Assembly: GCA_963751345.1 (NCBI GenBank)
Contig: CAVVUS010000030.1
Span: forward strand, 192,001-256,000
Direction of reading: 5' to 3'
From: an uncultured Chloroflexia bacterium
GTDB lineage: Bacteria; Chloroflexota; Anaerolineae; B4-G1; SLSP01
Length of the DNA stretch: 64,000 nucleotides
The notes beneath the pieces are model-generated. The model was not told where the DNA came from and did not search any database. It was given only the letters and a program-made list of their open reading frames with translations. Positions within the stretch are counted from its first letter, which is position 1; every line of letters starts with the position of its first letter. Below, in pieces: positions 1-10,458 of the stretch. The translations under genes and the position numbers were made by a program.

Positions 1-47
1 CTTTGGGGCCAAGCCCGAGTCTGCTCGGGCCGAAAACCCCAAAGGTC
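1..47. repeat. REP-like palindromic element (CTTTGGGG...GAAAACCCCAAAGGTC), cut by the window edge
   Basis: GAAAACCCCAAAGGTC (32-47) is identical to the right arm of the 23046-23105 inverted repeat; inner hairpin GCCCGAG-TCTG-CTCGGGC at 13-30. Confidence 0.7.
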
Positions 48-54
48 CTTGTCA

Positions 55-414
55 CTAACGTGCCGCCATCATCTGTCCGCCGCTCACGCCCTGTATCGCA
101 CCACGGAAGATCTCAGCCTGGTAAGCGCTGCTGCAGATCCCAAGGGCGGCGCAACCGGCGAGAAAAGGCGGCAGGTTGATCGCACCGGCGAGGACGTAGT
201 AAGCGATGAAGAGCACAACCAGCGACGGGAATCCGCGCAGGATGACCGTATAGGCCAGGGCCAGAAAACGGATGGCCTTACCGCCGTAGACGCGTGCCAA
301 TGCCACGGGTGTGCCGATAAGAAAGCCCACGGCTAGCGCAATCAGGCTGATCATCACCGTGTAGCCGATGCCACCCATGATATAGGGCAGCGCCCGGAGG
401 ACCGCCGACGGCAT
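55..414 (-). CDS. Polar amino acid ABC transporter permease (HisM/GlnP family), truncated at the EAA loop
   Basis: ORF has 'LRGFPSLVVLF' and 'SSAYQAEIFRGAIQGV..GQMMAAR' motifs; stops at 119 aa where the palindromic element begins. Confidence 0.8.
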   Translation of the reverse strand: MPSAVLRALPYIMGGIGYTVMISLIALAVGFLIGTPVALARVYGGKAIRFLALAYTVILRGFPSLVVLFIAYYVLAGAINLPPFLAGCAALGICSSAYQAEIFRGAIQGVSGGQMMAAR

Positions 415-424
415 CGATCAGACC

Positions 425-1174
425 CTACTCATCACCGGACAAGTACGTCATCGCCAGGTTCTCGATGAATCCCTCGGACTGCAGATCGGTGATCACACCA
501 TCCAGCTTGTCGCGCAACTCGGTGTTCCCCTGCTTTACGGCAATGGCCATGTGCTCGCCGGAGAATTCGGTCTTCAGGGCCAGGACGATTCCGCCCTGGT
601 CGATGAACGATTGGGCGGCGTAGTAATCCATCGCCACGATGTCGATACGACCGCTCTGCAGGTCCATGATCGCCTGTTCGGCACGTTCGTACCGGGACAC
701 ATCGGCGCTGATATTGGCGTCGATCCATTCCTCCTGAATTGTGCCGGTCTGGACACCGACCTTGTATCCGGCCACGTCCTCATTCTTGTTGATCGTGATG
801 TTGGATCCTTCGGCAACGATGATCGCATCCGCACCGATGAAGTAGGGTTGGGTGAAGTCGACCTGTGCTTCGCGCTCGGGGGTCGCGCTCATCGCAGCAA
901 TGATGGCGTCGATCTTGTCGCTCTGCAGCGAGCCGATCAGTCCGTCGAAGGCGACATCCTGCCATTCGATGTCCATGTTGAGTCGTTTGCCGATCTCTTG
1001 CATCAGCTCGATGTCGAACCCTGTGTAACTGCCGTCCTCAGCGATATACTCGAAGGGTTCATAATCTGCCGATGTTCCGACCACCAATGTGGAACTCTTC
1101 GGCTGGCAGCCCGCAGCCCCAAGCGTAGCCATCACCATGAATACGCAAACGAGAGTCGTAGGCCAGCGCTTCAT
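425..1174 (-). CDS. Basic amino acid ABC transporter substrate-binding lipoprotein
   Basis: Lipobox (LGAAGC), 'VGTSADYEPFEY', 'GFDIEL' SBP_bac_3 motifs; ATG at 1174 after AGGAG RBS. Confidence 0.9.
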   Translation of the reverse strand: MKRWPTTLVCVFMVMATLGAAGCQPKSSTLVVGTSADYEPFEYIAEDGSYTGFDIELMQEIGKRLNMDIEWQDVAFDGLIGSLQSDKIDAIIAAMSATPEREAQVDFTQPYFIGADAIIVAEGSNITINKNEDVAGYKVGVQTGTIQEEWIDANISADVSRYERAEQAIMDLQSGRIDIVAMDYYAAQSFIDQGGIVLALKTEFSGEHMAIAVKQGNTELRDKLDGVITDLQSEGFIENLAMTYLSGDE

Positions 1175-1380
1175 ATGGAAATCCTCCTTCTGTCTGAGAG
1201 TCGCGTCAGCGATTATAGGGTCGACAGACGCCAAGTCAAAAACTCTGCGAGGATCATGCGGCGCCGGTTTCCGCAGGTACCTGCGAGATCGAAGGCAGCA
1301 TGCAATGCTGGACAAAACGGAGAGATGCGGTATACTCGTGATTCGATATGTGAGACACAGCAGGTCTTGGAGGATCAAGC

Positions 1381-1647
1381 GTGGCGAATACTCAATCGGC
1401 AAAGAAGCAGGTACGCAACTCCTATCGAAAGTGGTTGCGCAATCGTTATGTCAAGGGCAAGATGCGTGGCGCCATCAAGACGGTGCGTGAAGCTATTGAG
1501 GCCGGTGATTACGACACCGCCAAGAGCTGGATGCCACGTGCTGCGAGCGAACTGGATAAGGCCGCTCGCAAGAACGTGATCCATGCCAACAAAGCGGCGC
1601 GCCTCAAGTCGCGTCTGATGAGTCAGATTCAGCAACTGCAGCAGTAA
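1381..1647 (+). CDS. rpsT: 30S ribosomal protein S20
   Basis: MANTQSAKKQVR...IHANKAARLKSRL signature. Confidence 0.97.
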   Translation: MANTQSAKKQVRNSYRKWLRNRYVKGKMRGAIKTVREAIEAGDYDTAKSWMPRAASELDKAARKNVIHANKAARLKSRLMSQIQQLQQ

Positions 1648-1665
1648 GCATCGACCTTATGTGAA

Positions 1666-1692
1666 ACGCGGGAGACGGTTCGTCTCCCGCGT
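1666..1692. terminator. Hairpin between convergent rpsT and proC
   Basis: ACGCGGGAGACG-GTT-CGTCTCCCGCGT, 12-bp stem. Confidence 0.7.
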
Positions 1693-1710
1693 CTGTGCTA
1701 TAGGTTCCCC

Positions 1711-2523
1711 CTACTCGTCTCGACCGAGCTGCTCCGAGCGAACAAACGCCGCCCAGATTGCTCGCGACAGCACCGTCCGAAAACCGCCCTTCTCCAAATG
1801 GTAGAGGGCCTCGGCTGTGGTGCCCCCCGGGGACGTAACTTGGTTTCGCAAGGCCGCCAGGTGCAGGCTGGACTGGCGCGCGTAGTTCGCGGACCCGATC
1901 ACCGTCTGGAAGACTAACTGCTCCGCCACGTGCCTCGAGAAACCCAGATGCACGCCGGCATCCACCATCGCCTCCATGAACAGATAGATGTAGGCGGGGC
2001 CGGTACCTGACAACGCCGTCGCCATATCGAGGTAGTGCTCGTCGTCCACGTAGACCTCATCACCCAACGCCTTGAGGATCGTCAGAGCATGCTCACGCTG
2101 CTCCGGCGTCACAGCCGGCGTGGCCGTCCACACCGTGATCCCCTGGCCGATCTGAGCCGGCGTATTGGGCATAGCCCGGATGACACTCTCAACTTGGATG
2201 CCGCCCCGGATCTTACTTAGCGGAACACCGGCAGCAATCGAAAACACCAGGACATTCTCATTCACCACGCCACACAGATCTGCCAGCGCACCGGCCATAA
2301 TCTGCGGCTTGACCGACAAGAAGACGATCTCAACATCCCGCCCTGCCTCAGCATTACTCGAGACCGTCCTTATCCCGTAGGTCTGCGTGAGGAACGCCAG
2401 CCGTTCAGCCCAGGGATCGGCCGCAATCAGGTTCTGCGGATCGATCAGATCCTGTCGGAGCAGCCCTTTGATCAGGGCTTCTCCCATGGTGCCGGCACCG
2501 ATGATTGCTATGGATGGTAACAT
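1711..2523 (-). CDS. proC: Pyrroline-5-carboxylate reductase
   Basis: GAGTMG Rossmann motif, RAMPNTP, ALSGTGPAY, VTSPGGTT. Confidence 0.96.
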   Translation of the reverse strand: MLPSIAIIGAGTMGEALIKGLLRQDLIDPQNLIAADPWAERLAFLTQTYGIRTVSSNAEAGRDVEIVFLSVKPQIMAGALADLCGVVNENVLVFSIAAGVPLSKIRGGIQVESVIRAMPNTPAQIGQGITVWTATPAVTPEQREHALTILKALGDEVYVDDEHYLDMATALSGTGPAYIYLFMEAMVDAGVHLGFSRHVAEQLVFQTVIGSANYARQSSLHLAALRNQVTSPGGTTAEALYHLEKGGFRTVLSRAIWAAFVRSEQLGRDE

Positions 2524-2563
2524 GCCGCGTCCCCCTTGCTCCTACTTGGTGAGTGATCCCCCA

Positions 2564-4273
2564 TCACTGCTGAGGGCTCAGATCAAAGATCATCCCCAGG
2601 AACTCAGCGCGATCGCCGGCGGGCTCGGGATCTCCGATCGTCATCGGACGTGGACGGCCATACTCCTCGAGAATTGCCGTGCGGAGATCGACGCTGAGCA
2701 GACGACCCTGGTAGAAAGTCAGGCGATCCACAAACTCCTGTCGCGTGCCATCGCTCCACATCTGGTCGAAAAAGAAGTTTCCCAGACCATAGTGCACGAA
2801 GGTGCCATCGTAGAACTCCATCGTTTGTGCCTGATGGGCCTGACTTCCCTGCACCATCACAGCGCCGGCATCGGCGAGCATGCGGAAATCCTGCATCTGT
2901 TGAGGCGTAGGAGAGTAGTTGTAGTCCTCCAGGTATTGGAGCGTCACGATGGGCTGGTAGCCCTCCTCGCGAAGCGTGGCTATCGTCTGCTCCATCGCCG
3001 GAAAGTCGCAGCGTGCAGCCCCGCCGGAGACGTCGTCAGCAAACGGCCCTACGGTATTGCAGCCGATCCAGGCGATCTTGTTACCATTGTGGGTCAAGGT
3101 GATGGGCAGGCTGCCCTCCAGCTGGTTTGCGCCGCCACCGAACCACTGCCATCCGCGCTCTCGATACATCTCCAGTGTATGATCCAGCCACTGAGTCCCT
3201 TTGTCCTCGAGATGGTTACCGGTCAGCTCGATGATGTTGGCACCGATGGCCTCCAACAGCCCGATGTAGCTGTCATTCGAGCAGAAGGACATCGTTCCAC
3301 TGCCTTCAGCAATGCAGTCGGGCTTGAAAGAGACCTCGTTGCTGACGTGTACGAAGTCAGCATCCGCGAACCATGGCAGAATGTCCTTGGCCGGATAGGT
3401 GACGCCTTTTGCGTCCATGAGTACAGCTGTCTGTCGGGTCATGGCGGTAACACCCGTCATGGCCACGATCGTCATCTGCGACTCATCTCGGTTGGAGAAG
3501 GTCACACCCGACACATTGAGCATACTTCGCACTTCCGGTCGAGCCTGGGAATCCAGGAAGATCGGGATCTCAAGCGGGTACGACGCCAGATCGCTGCCCT
3601 TTTGCAGCAGCGACATCCCATCCACGCGAAGTACCTTCCATTCCGGCGCCAGTTCATCGAAGGGCAGGACGGCCCATCCGTCTTGGCCCTCGGCTGCGTC
3701 CAGAAGTTGGTCCGCGGCGACCATTTGCACGGCGTCGTTGGCCGGTGGTCCCCACAGCCCAACCAGCGCCTCAACGGTATCGGTCGTCGCCAGTAAGGCA
3801 TGCAGCGCAAAGGGACCCGCCGGACTTCCCTGCCATGTCGCTCGCAGGTCGTCCGTCGTCACGTCGTCGTCCACCGTAAGGAAGGGTGCGGCGACAGCAT
3901 AGGTCCACGCGCCCACCAGTTCGACGCCGGAGGAGGATTGATCGGTGAGCTCCAGATCGCCACCCGGTCCGGTCCAGGCAAAGTGCGCCGGATCTTCCCC
4001 AATCAGTGCCTCGAAGCGCCCGCAGGCACCGGCGGGGACGAATTGAGCGCAGCCGGCAGTGACGGGAAACGCCGGCGTCGGGGTGGGAACGGGCGTAGGG
4101 GTCGTGGTCGGGGTGGGTGTCAGGGTCGGGCTCGGCGTGCGGGTGGGGGTGGGTGTCGGTGACGGTGAAGGGAGTGCACAACCACTCAGCCCAAGAAGAC
4201 CTATGCCCACAAGCAAAGGCAGCCATAGTTTGCCTACGGCTCGTCTCAGGATTGGGGGATTCATCATAAGCAT
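2564..4273 (-). CDS. CapA-family (PGA_cap) metallophosphoesterase lipoprotein with PT-repeat linker
   Basis: Lipobox LSGC, PTPT linker, 'ELTGNH', 'GSQAH', 'YGLGNFFFDQ' CapA motifs. Confidence 0.85.
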   Translation of the reverse strand: MLMMNPPILRRAVGKLWLPLLVGIGLLGLSGCALPSPSPTPTPTRTPSPTLTPTPTTTPTPVPTPTPAFPVTAGCAQFVPAGACGRFEALIGEDPAHFAWTGPGGDLELTDQSSSGVELVGAWTYAVAAPFLTVDDDVTTDDLRATWQGSPAGPFALHALLATTDTVEALVGLWGPPANDAVQMVAADQLLDAAEGQDGWAVLPFDELAPEWKVLRVDGMSLLQKGSDLASYPLEIPIFLDSQARPEVRSMLNVSGVTFSNRDESQMTIVAMTGVTAMTRQTAVLMDAKGVTYPAKDILPWFADADFVHVSNEVSFKPDCIAEGSGTMSFCSNDSYIGLLEAIGANIIELTGNHLEDKGTQWLDHTLEMYRERGWQWFGGGANQLEGSLPITLTHNGNKIAWIGCNTVGPFADDVSGGAARCDFPAMEQTIATLREEGYQPIVTLQYLEDYNYSPTPQQMQDFRMLADAGAVMVQGSQAHQAQTMEFYDGTFVHYGLGNFFFDQMWSDGTRQEFVDRLTFYQGRLLSVDLRTAILEEYGRPRPMTIGDPEPAGDRAEFLGMIFDLSPQQ

Positions 4274-4329
4274 ATCCTTTCCTCCGGGCGATTGTCCGTG
4301 GATGCAATGGTTTGTCAAGCCAAAGAAAA

Positions 4330-4351
4330 AAGGCCGGGAATTCCCGGCCTT
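4330..4351 (-). terminator. Intrinsic terminator after tRNA-Val
   Basis: AAGGCCGGGAATTCCCGGCCTT palindrome followed by a T-run on the minus strand. Confidence 0.75.
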
Positions 4352-4358
4352 CTCTTGA

Positions 4359-4432
4359 TGGGCGATACAGGACTTGAACCTGTGACCTCCACGATGTCAA
4401 CGTGGCGCTCTAGCCGACTGAGCTAACCGCCC
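4359..4432 (-). tRNA. tRNA-Val(GAC)
   Basis: GGGCGGTTAGCTCAG...CCACG-TTGACAT-CGTGG...GGTTCAAGTCC cloverleaf; CCA not encoded. Confidence 0.95.
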
Positions 4433-4474
4433 AAACACGGCAGAGTATAGCATAGTTCAGCTTTTGCGCAAGGT

Positions 4475-5602
4475 TCACAAATCCATTCGGTAGACGCGGT
4501 GGTTCTTGTACATCTTGCCGCCGACGTTCTCCAGATCGTGACGCATCTGCACGGCTGTCTCTGCAACCTGCGTCAGATCGGCGTGCTCGAACTGCTGCTC
4601 GCGAATCGTGTTCTCCATCTCGGCGTACAGGAGCGCGTTGCCACCGACGCCGTGAAACTCCGGCACGAGCCCGGCACCGTTCAGTGCCAGCCACTTGGTA
4701 CGCCGTCGCTCCAGCAGCAGGTCGGCCAACGCCCAGGGCGTCAGTCGCCCCTTGGCGCGTTGCAGCGCCGCTGAGACGTCCGGGAAACCAAAGAGAAATC
4801 CGACCATCTCGTCGCCGTGGACGATGATCTTGATGAGGCGCGGATCGGAGAGGGCGATGGCATTATCGTAAATGAATCGTGTCTCGCGCTCGGACATCGG
4901 GTTGAACTCCCAATTGCCGACGAAGGCGCGATTGTAGGCCTCCCGAATCCGCCCGAGCCACGCTTTGATCTCGCTTGCGCGGCTGAACCGCTGGATCTCC
5001 AGCGAGCCGCGCTCCATCACCCGTCGCGCAATGCGATGCACGCGTTCTGGCAATTCGAACGTATCCACCCCGATGTAGCACGAGACGAAATCCACCTCTT
5101 TCGTGAAGCCTATCGCGTCCAACATCTCAGGATAATACGGGTAGTTGTAATTCATCATCGTCATCATCTGGCGATGCTCGAACCCATCGACAAGGAGGCC
5201 GTAGCCATCCAGGACGCCGAAGCCTTTGGGACCCACGAGCTCGGTCAATCCACGGGACCGTGCCCACGCCACGACGCGGTCGACGAGGGCCGCCGCCGTA
5301 GCCTGATCGTGGACGCACTCGAAGAGGTAGAAATTAGCCCTATGGGCATCGTGAAACTGGTTGTAGGATCGGTTCTCCAACGCCGCGATCCGTCCTACGA
5401 CCTCTCCATCCTGCTCGGCAATAAAGAAGTCGGCATCCGAGTGCTCGTAGAAGGGGTGTTTTCCCTTGTTCAGCATCATCCGGATATCACCGCGGATAGG
5501 AGGGACCCATTGGGAATGCCCGGCATAAAGACGATAGGGAAGCTCTACAAAACGTCGAACCTGTCGTCGATCGGTGGTGTCGACCTGTTGGATAGTCATC
5601 AT
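4475..5602 (-). CDS. GNAT-fold N-acetyltransferase-like conserved protein
   Basis: 'WVPPI', 'HPFYEH', 'VVGRIAA', 'YNYPYY', 'YKNHRVY' typical of this ~375-aa family. Confidence 0.7.
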   Translation of the reverse strand: MMTIQQVDTTDRRQVRRFVELPYRLYAGHSQWVPPIRGDIRMMLNKGKHPFYEHSDADFFIAEQDGEVVGRIAALENRSYNQFHDAHRANFYLFECVHDQATAAALVDRVVAWARSRGLTELVGPKGFGVLDGYGLLVDGFEHRQMMTMMNYNYPYYPEMLDAIGFTKEVDFVSCYIGVDTFELPERVHRIARRVMERGSLEIQRFSRASEIKAWLGRIREAYNRAFVGNWEFNPMSERETRFIYDNAIALSDPRLIKIIVHGDEMVGFLFGFPDVSAALQRAKGRLTPWALADLLLERRRTKWLALNGAGLVPEFHGVGGNALLYAEMENTIREQQFEHADLTQVAETAVQMRHDLENVGGKMYKNHRVYRMDL

Positions 5603-5609
5603 CGCGGGC

Positions 5610-8600
5610 CTACCACTGCCCCTGCTGCTGGACCACACGCAGGTTTTCGGCGCCGACAACCGAGACAATCTGCTGTCTCAGATCGTAGGTACAATGTGTA
5701 AACTCGTTGGGAAAGTCCAATTCGATCTTCCGCTCTCCTTCCAGCACGACGACAAACTGATCTGAGCCTCGTTCCGTCCTGAGCATAGCGTGCAGCCGGG
5801 TAAGTTTCTCGAAGTCACGGGTATTGTCTCCGGTGCGCTTGAGCGTGATATAGAGCGTCGCGGGCGGGTCAGGCGGTTCGGGCGGCAGTGCCGCCGTACT
5901 ATGATCGCTCCCACTACCATTACCCTTATTGGGCGCCTCCGCCGGGGTGGGTGGAGGGGCCGGCGCTTCCTCGATTTCCGACGAAGGCGGCGTGGCTTTC
6001 GTCTTCGACAATCGTCGGGGGAGGGCTTGGACGCGAGTGACGCGGTGGGCTACCACCACCTCCGTTGCCGTTGCCACCACCAGAACGATGATGCGGCTCG
6101 GTGTCATAACCCGAAGGCGAGTCCTCGCTCACCCTGCCCATCGAATCGGGGGGCTCGGGGCCGGCGTATGGCCCATCCACAGGTAGTAGAAAATCATGGG
6201 GCTCTTTGAGCCAGTCCGCCAATACGGGATGTTCATCCCGATCGGGGCGATTGTCCAGTTTTCCGCATACGACCAGCACGCGGTTGGGGATGAGCAAGGG
6301 GTTGTAGCTCTCATATGTCCTTGGGAAAACGACCACGTCCGTGGCCCCGCCGGGTCCCTCCATGGTCACGAAGGCCATCATAGCGCCCTTCTTGGTCGTG
6401 ATCCGGCGGACCCGCTGGACCATACCGACCAGCTTGAGGACCTGTCCCGGCATCTCCGTCGTATGCTGCCCGATCGTCGTCGACGTAATCCCGCGGGCCA
6501 GCAGATCCCGCTCCATATCGGCCAGCGGATGCTTTGACAGATACGTGCCCAGCAGTTCCTTTTCCCACTCCAGCAATTGCCGATCGGGAATCGGCGGGAT
6601 GTAGCTGGGCATCTGGATGGTCTGCCGCATGTCGACCATGTTGTCAAAGAGCGTGAACTGGCCAACGTCGCGGGCACTGTGAACCTGTGAGCTCATGCCC
6701 AACAGCGTGTCGATCAACGTCATGAGCCCGGCGCGCTCGCCAAAATCGTCGAGTGCACCGGCCTGAATCAGGCACTCCAGCGTCTTGCGGTTGAGCTTGC
6801 GCAGATCGACCCGATCCGCGAAGTCATCCAGCGATTTGAAGGGCCCGCGCTCCCGGCGTGCCTCGACCACCATCTGCATCGCATCGTCGCCTACGTTCTT
6901 GATCGCGCCCAGACCGATGCGGATAAAGCGTTCACCCTCCTCATCGCGCTCGATGGTGAACTCGACGTCGGAGGTGTTGAGGCTGGGCCGCTCGACCGGC
7001 AGTTCATTACGCCGGGCATCGGCGATCAGAAAGCCGAGCTTCTCAGTGTTGTGGCGCTCTGTCGTCATCAGGGCGGTCATAAACTCGAGAGGATAGTGTG
7101 CCTTGAGATAGGCCGTCTGCGCCGTGATGACGGCGTAGTCCGTAGCGTGTGCCCGGTTGAACCCATAGCGCGCGAAGAACTCAATGTCGGCCCAGACGCG
7201 GTCGGCGGCCTCGGCATCAATGCCCCTCGCGCCGGCACCCTTGCGGAACATGCGTTGGTGCTTATCCATCAACGACTGCTTCTTCTTGGCGACCGCCTTG
7301 CGGATCATGTCCGCTTCACCGGGCTCGTACCCCGCCATCGCGACCGCGATCTGCATGATCTGCTCCTGGTAGACGATGATGCCGTAGGTGTCGTCCAGGA
7401 TATCGGCGAGGATTGGGTGATGGTACTCGACCTCCTCCTCACCGTGCATGCGTCGGATGTAGGTGGGGATGTTCTCCATCGGACCGGGGCGATAAAGGGC
7501 CAGAACTGCAATGATGTGCTGGAACTGCTCGGGCCGCATCTCCCGCAGCGTCCGCCGCATGCCGGCGCCTTCTACCTGGAAGATGCCCGTCGTCTCCCCC
7601 GTAGCCAGCAGATCATAGAGCGCCCGAACGTCGGCATCCTTCTCGGGGTCGTCGGGATCCCGCTCATAGGGAATCGTGGCGAGATCGAGCTTCCGCCCCC
7701 ATTCCTTCTCAATCAGCTCGCACGCCTTGCGCATATGGGTCAGCGTGCGCAGCCCCAGGAAGTCGACCTTGAGCATCCCCATGGCGTCGACGATCTCCAT
7801 AGGCCACTGAGAGACACGGTCGACGGGACTGTCCTCGGCCTCGCCCTTGGTGGGACGGTTCAGTGGGAGATAGGTGACGAGCGGTTCATCGGAGACCAGC
7901 ACACCTGCGGCGTGCGTGCTGGCGTGACGCGTCACACCTTCCAGCTCGGTCGCCATTTCCAGGAGGTTCTTGATGTAGGGCGCCCCGCTGTACTCGGCTT
8001 TCAACTCGGGAACGCTCTCCAGCGCCTCGCGGATGGAGACCGGCTTGCCCGGCACGTTAGGTATCATGCGGGCGACCCTGTCCACATCGTTCAGCGGGAT
8101 ATCGAGCGCACGCCCGACGTCGCGAATCGCAGCCCGCGCGCCCAGCGTTCCAAAGGTAATGATGGCGGAGACATGGTCGGCGCCGTAACGCTCCTTGGTG
8201 TAAGCAATCAGCTCCGCGCGCCGGTCGTCTGGGTAATCCAGATCGATATCCGGCATCGAGACGCGATCGGGATTCAGAAAGCGCTCGAACATCAGCCGGT
8301 TCCTAAAAGGGTCGACGCTGGTAATGCCCAGCGTAAAGGCCACGACGCTGCCGGCCCCCGACCCTCGCACATTCCACCAGATATCGCGTGCCTTGGCGGC
8401 CTCACAGAGATCCCAGACAATCAGGAAGTAGTCGTCAAAGCCCATCTGATGGATAATGCCCAACTCGTATTCCAGCCGCTCGACATACGCCGGCTTGTCG
8501 TGATCGCTGCCATAGCGCCATTTCATGCCGTCGTAACAGAGCTGGCGGAGATAGCCCTCGGAGGTGCCCCTGCCCGCGGGCACGGGGAACTTGGGCAGAT

Positions 8601-9441
8601 GGTAGGGCGGGGCGAACTTGATCTCCACCTCGCACTGCTCGGCGATCTTCACGGTGTTGAGCAGCGCCTGGGGAAGGTCCCCGTAGAGCGACCACATCTC
8701 ATCCGGCGAGCGCATATAATACGAATCGTCCGTCATCCGCAGGCGATTGGGCTCGTTGACCGTCTTGCCGGTGCCGATACAGAGCAGCACGTCGTGCGCC
8801 TCCGCCTGCTGGCGCCTGGCGTAGTGGATATCGTTGGTAGCGACGAGCGGGACCTGCATGTCGAGACCCAGCGCGACCAACTTGCGGTAGGTTTCGTCGT
8901 ACTCGGGGATATCGTGCGTCTGGAGCTCGAGATAGAACCGGCCCGGGAAGCGTTCCTGGTACCAGCGGACCGCCTCACGCGCCTGGTCTTCCTGCCCCTG
9001 ATAGAGAAGCTGGGGCACCTCGCCCTGGACACACGCCGAGAGGGCGATCACACCCTCGCTACGCGCCTCCAACACTTCCTTATCGATGCGGGGTTTGTAA
9101 TAGAAGCCTTCGAGTTGAGCGATGCTGGCCAACTCGAGGAGGTTGCGATAGCCGGTCTGGTTCTGGGCCAACAGGATCAGGTGGTTGTACTTGCCGTCTT
9201 GACGATCCCGGCTGAAGCGCGACTGTGGAGCGACGTAGGCTTCGATCCCGATGATGGGCTTGATATCGGCAGCGCGGCATGCCTGGTAGAACTCTACGGC
9301 GCCGTACATCACCCCGTGATCGGTGAGCGCCAGCGACTTCATCCCCAGCTCGGAGGCGTGCTTCGCGAGGGCCGAGCACTTGCTCAGACCATCCAGCAGG
9401 GAATATTCAGAGTGCGTGTGTAGGTGGACGAAATCCCCCAT
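5610..9441 (-). CDS. dnaE: DNA polymerase III alpha subunit (frameshift near 5995 separates the C-terminal domain)
   Basis: PHP 'HLHTHSEYSLLDG', 'RGSGAGS', 'MPDIDLD', 'YGFNRAHA', OB fold; C-terminal domain continues in ORF 5610-6107. Confidence 0.95.
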
Positions 9442-9555
9442 CTGAGCCCCTCCAACCGAAAGACCACATCAAAGACACCAACACGCACCCGGCAGCCGGA
9501 CTGCCCGCCGTAGTGTGCTCCCACCCATCCGATCATGCCCGATCAGCTATGCTCG

Positions 9556-9584
9556 ATTATACGGCAATCAGGACATCTGTTCAA
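9556..9584 (-). promoter_or_regulatory. Sigma70-type dnaE promoter overlapped by a LexA-box-like site
   Basis: Minus strand TTGAAC-17 bp-TATAAT; GAACAGATGTCC (9571-9582) is GAAC-N4-GTTC with one mismatch. Confidence 0.6.
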
Positions 9585-9707
9585 GGTGATTTCCGGACGC
9601 TCGCGCGGATCTGCGGGCCCCGCAACTTTCGAAATCAGCCCTTCGTACCTATAATGAGGTGAGCAACCGGCATCCTTTATTCATCCTATTAGCAGGTCAA
9701 GGAGGAC

Positions 9708-10274
9708 ATGATGTTCGAACGCATCATCGGCGTCTTCAAGTTGGATCGGCAGGTCTTTGCAGACGTAGAGCACGACGAATCTGCAACCACGCAAGCGGCA
9801 ATCGTCGTGGCCATCGTCGCGGCGCTCTCCGTCGTCGGATCGTTGCTCCAGATGCTCTACACGCTCGTCCGTGGGGGTGAGATGCGGCTGGGCGCCACGC
9901 TGGTGACCGTGATCGTGACCTTCGTGATGGCCTTCGTCAACTGGGCAATCTGGTCGGGCGTGACCTATCTCGTCGGCACCAACCTCTTCAAGGGAGAGGC
10001 CACCTTCGGCGAGATGCTGCGCGTCATCGGCTTCGCTTACGCGCCTCGGATGCTGAGTGTCATCCCCTGCATCGGCGGGGTGATCGGTGCCATCTGGTCC
10101 CTTATCGCCAGCTACGTCGCGATCAAGGAAGGGCTCGACCTGGACGACACGGGGACGATCGTCACCATCCTTGTCGGCTGGTTGGTCACGGTCGTCATCG
10201 GCTTCATCCTGGGGCTGCTGGGTGTCGGTGGTGCCGTGGGCTTCGGGATCCTGGGCGGTCTGCTGGGCCGCTGA
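9708..10274 (+). CDS. Yip1-family membrane protein
   Basis: Five hydrophobic segments, 'GEATFGEMLRVIGFAYAP'; GGAGG RBS. Confidence 0.8.
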   Translation: MMFERIIGVFKLDRQVFADVEHDESATTQAAIVVAIVAALSVVGSLLQMLYTLVRGGEMRLGATLVTVIVTFVMAFVNWAIWSGVTYLVGTNLFKGEATFGEMLRVIGFAYAPRMLSVIPCIGGVIGAIWSLIASYVAIKEGLDLDDTGTIVTILVGWLVTVVIGFILGLLGVGGAVGFGILGGLLGR

Positions 10275-10295
10275 TAATCACCAGGGCTTCTCAGA

Positions 10296-10326
10296 AAGAA
10301 CCGGCACGCCAGGCGTGCCGGTTCTT
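10296..10326 (+). terminator. Terminator hairpin after the Yip1 gene
   Basis: AAGAACCGGCACGCC-A-GGCGTGCCGGTTCTT. Confidence 0.7.
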
Positions 10327-10359
10327 GTATGTCGGGACCGCGTAATTTATAAGAAAATC

Positions 10360-10387
10360 TTGACAAAAATGCGGAGTGTCCTATACT
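10360..10387 (+). promoter_or_regulatory. Sigma70-type promoter of the suf operon
   Basis: TTGACA-16 bp-TATACT. Confidence 0.7.
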
Positions 10388-10458
10388 CATGGCGGTCCTG
10401 TTGACCCAGAATTCATACGTAATCCCAACATGATCTAACCGGTTAAGGAGACACACGG

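Noticed and set aside
4070-4175. GGGTGG/GGGGT repeats as a G-quadruplex or DNA repeat element
   Set aside because: Explained by the Pro-Thr linker codons of the CapA lipoprotein.
5926-6107. Programmed frameshift or split dnaE
   Set aside because: No slippery heptamer or intein motifs; same pattern as the many other indel errors.
7051-9423. Long antisense ORFs (790 aa here; others opposite sufB, capA, trpS and the kinase)
   Set aside because: Shadow frames expected opposite GC3-rich genes; no recognisable motifs.
10360-10381. SufR/Rrf2 operator (GACA-N11-TGTC) in the suf promoter
   Set aside because: Only 4-bp arms and no regulator gene in view; too weak to call.
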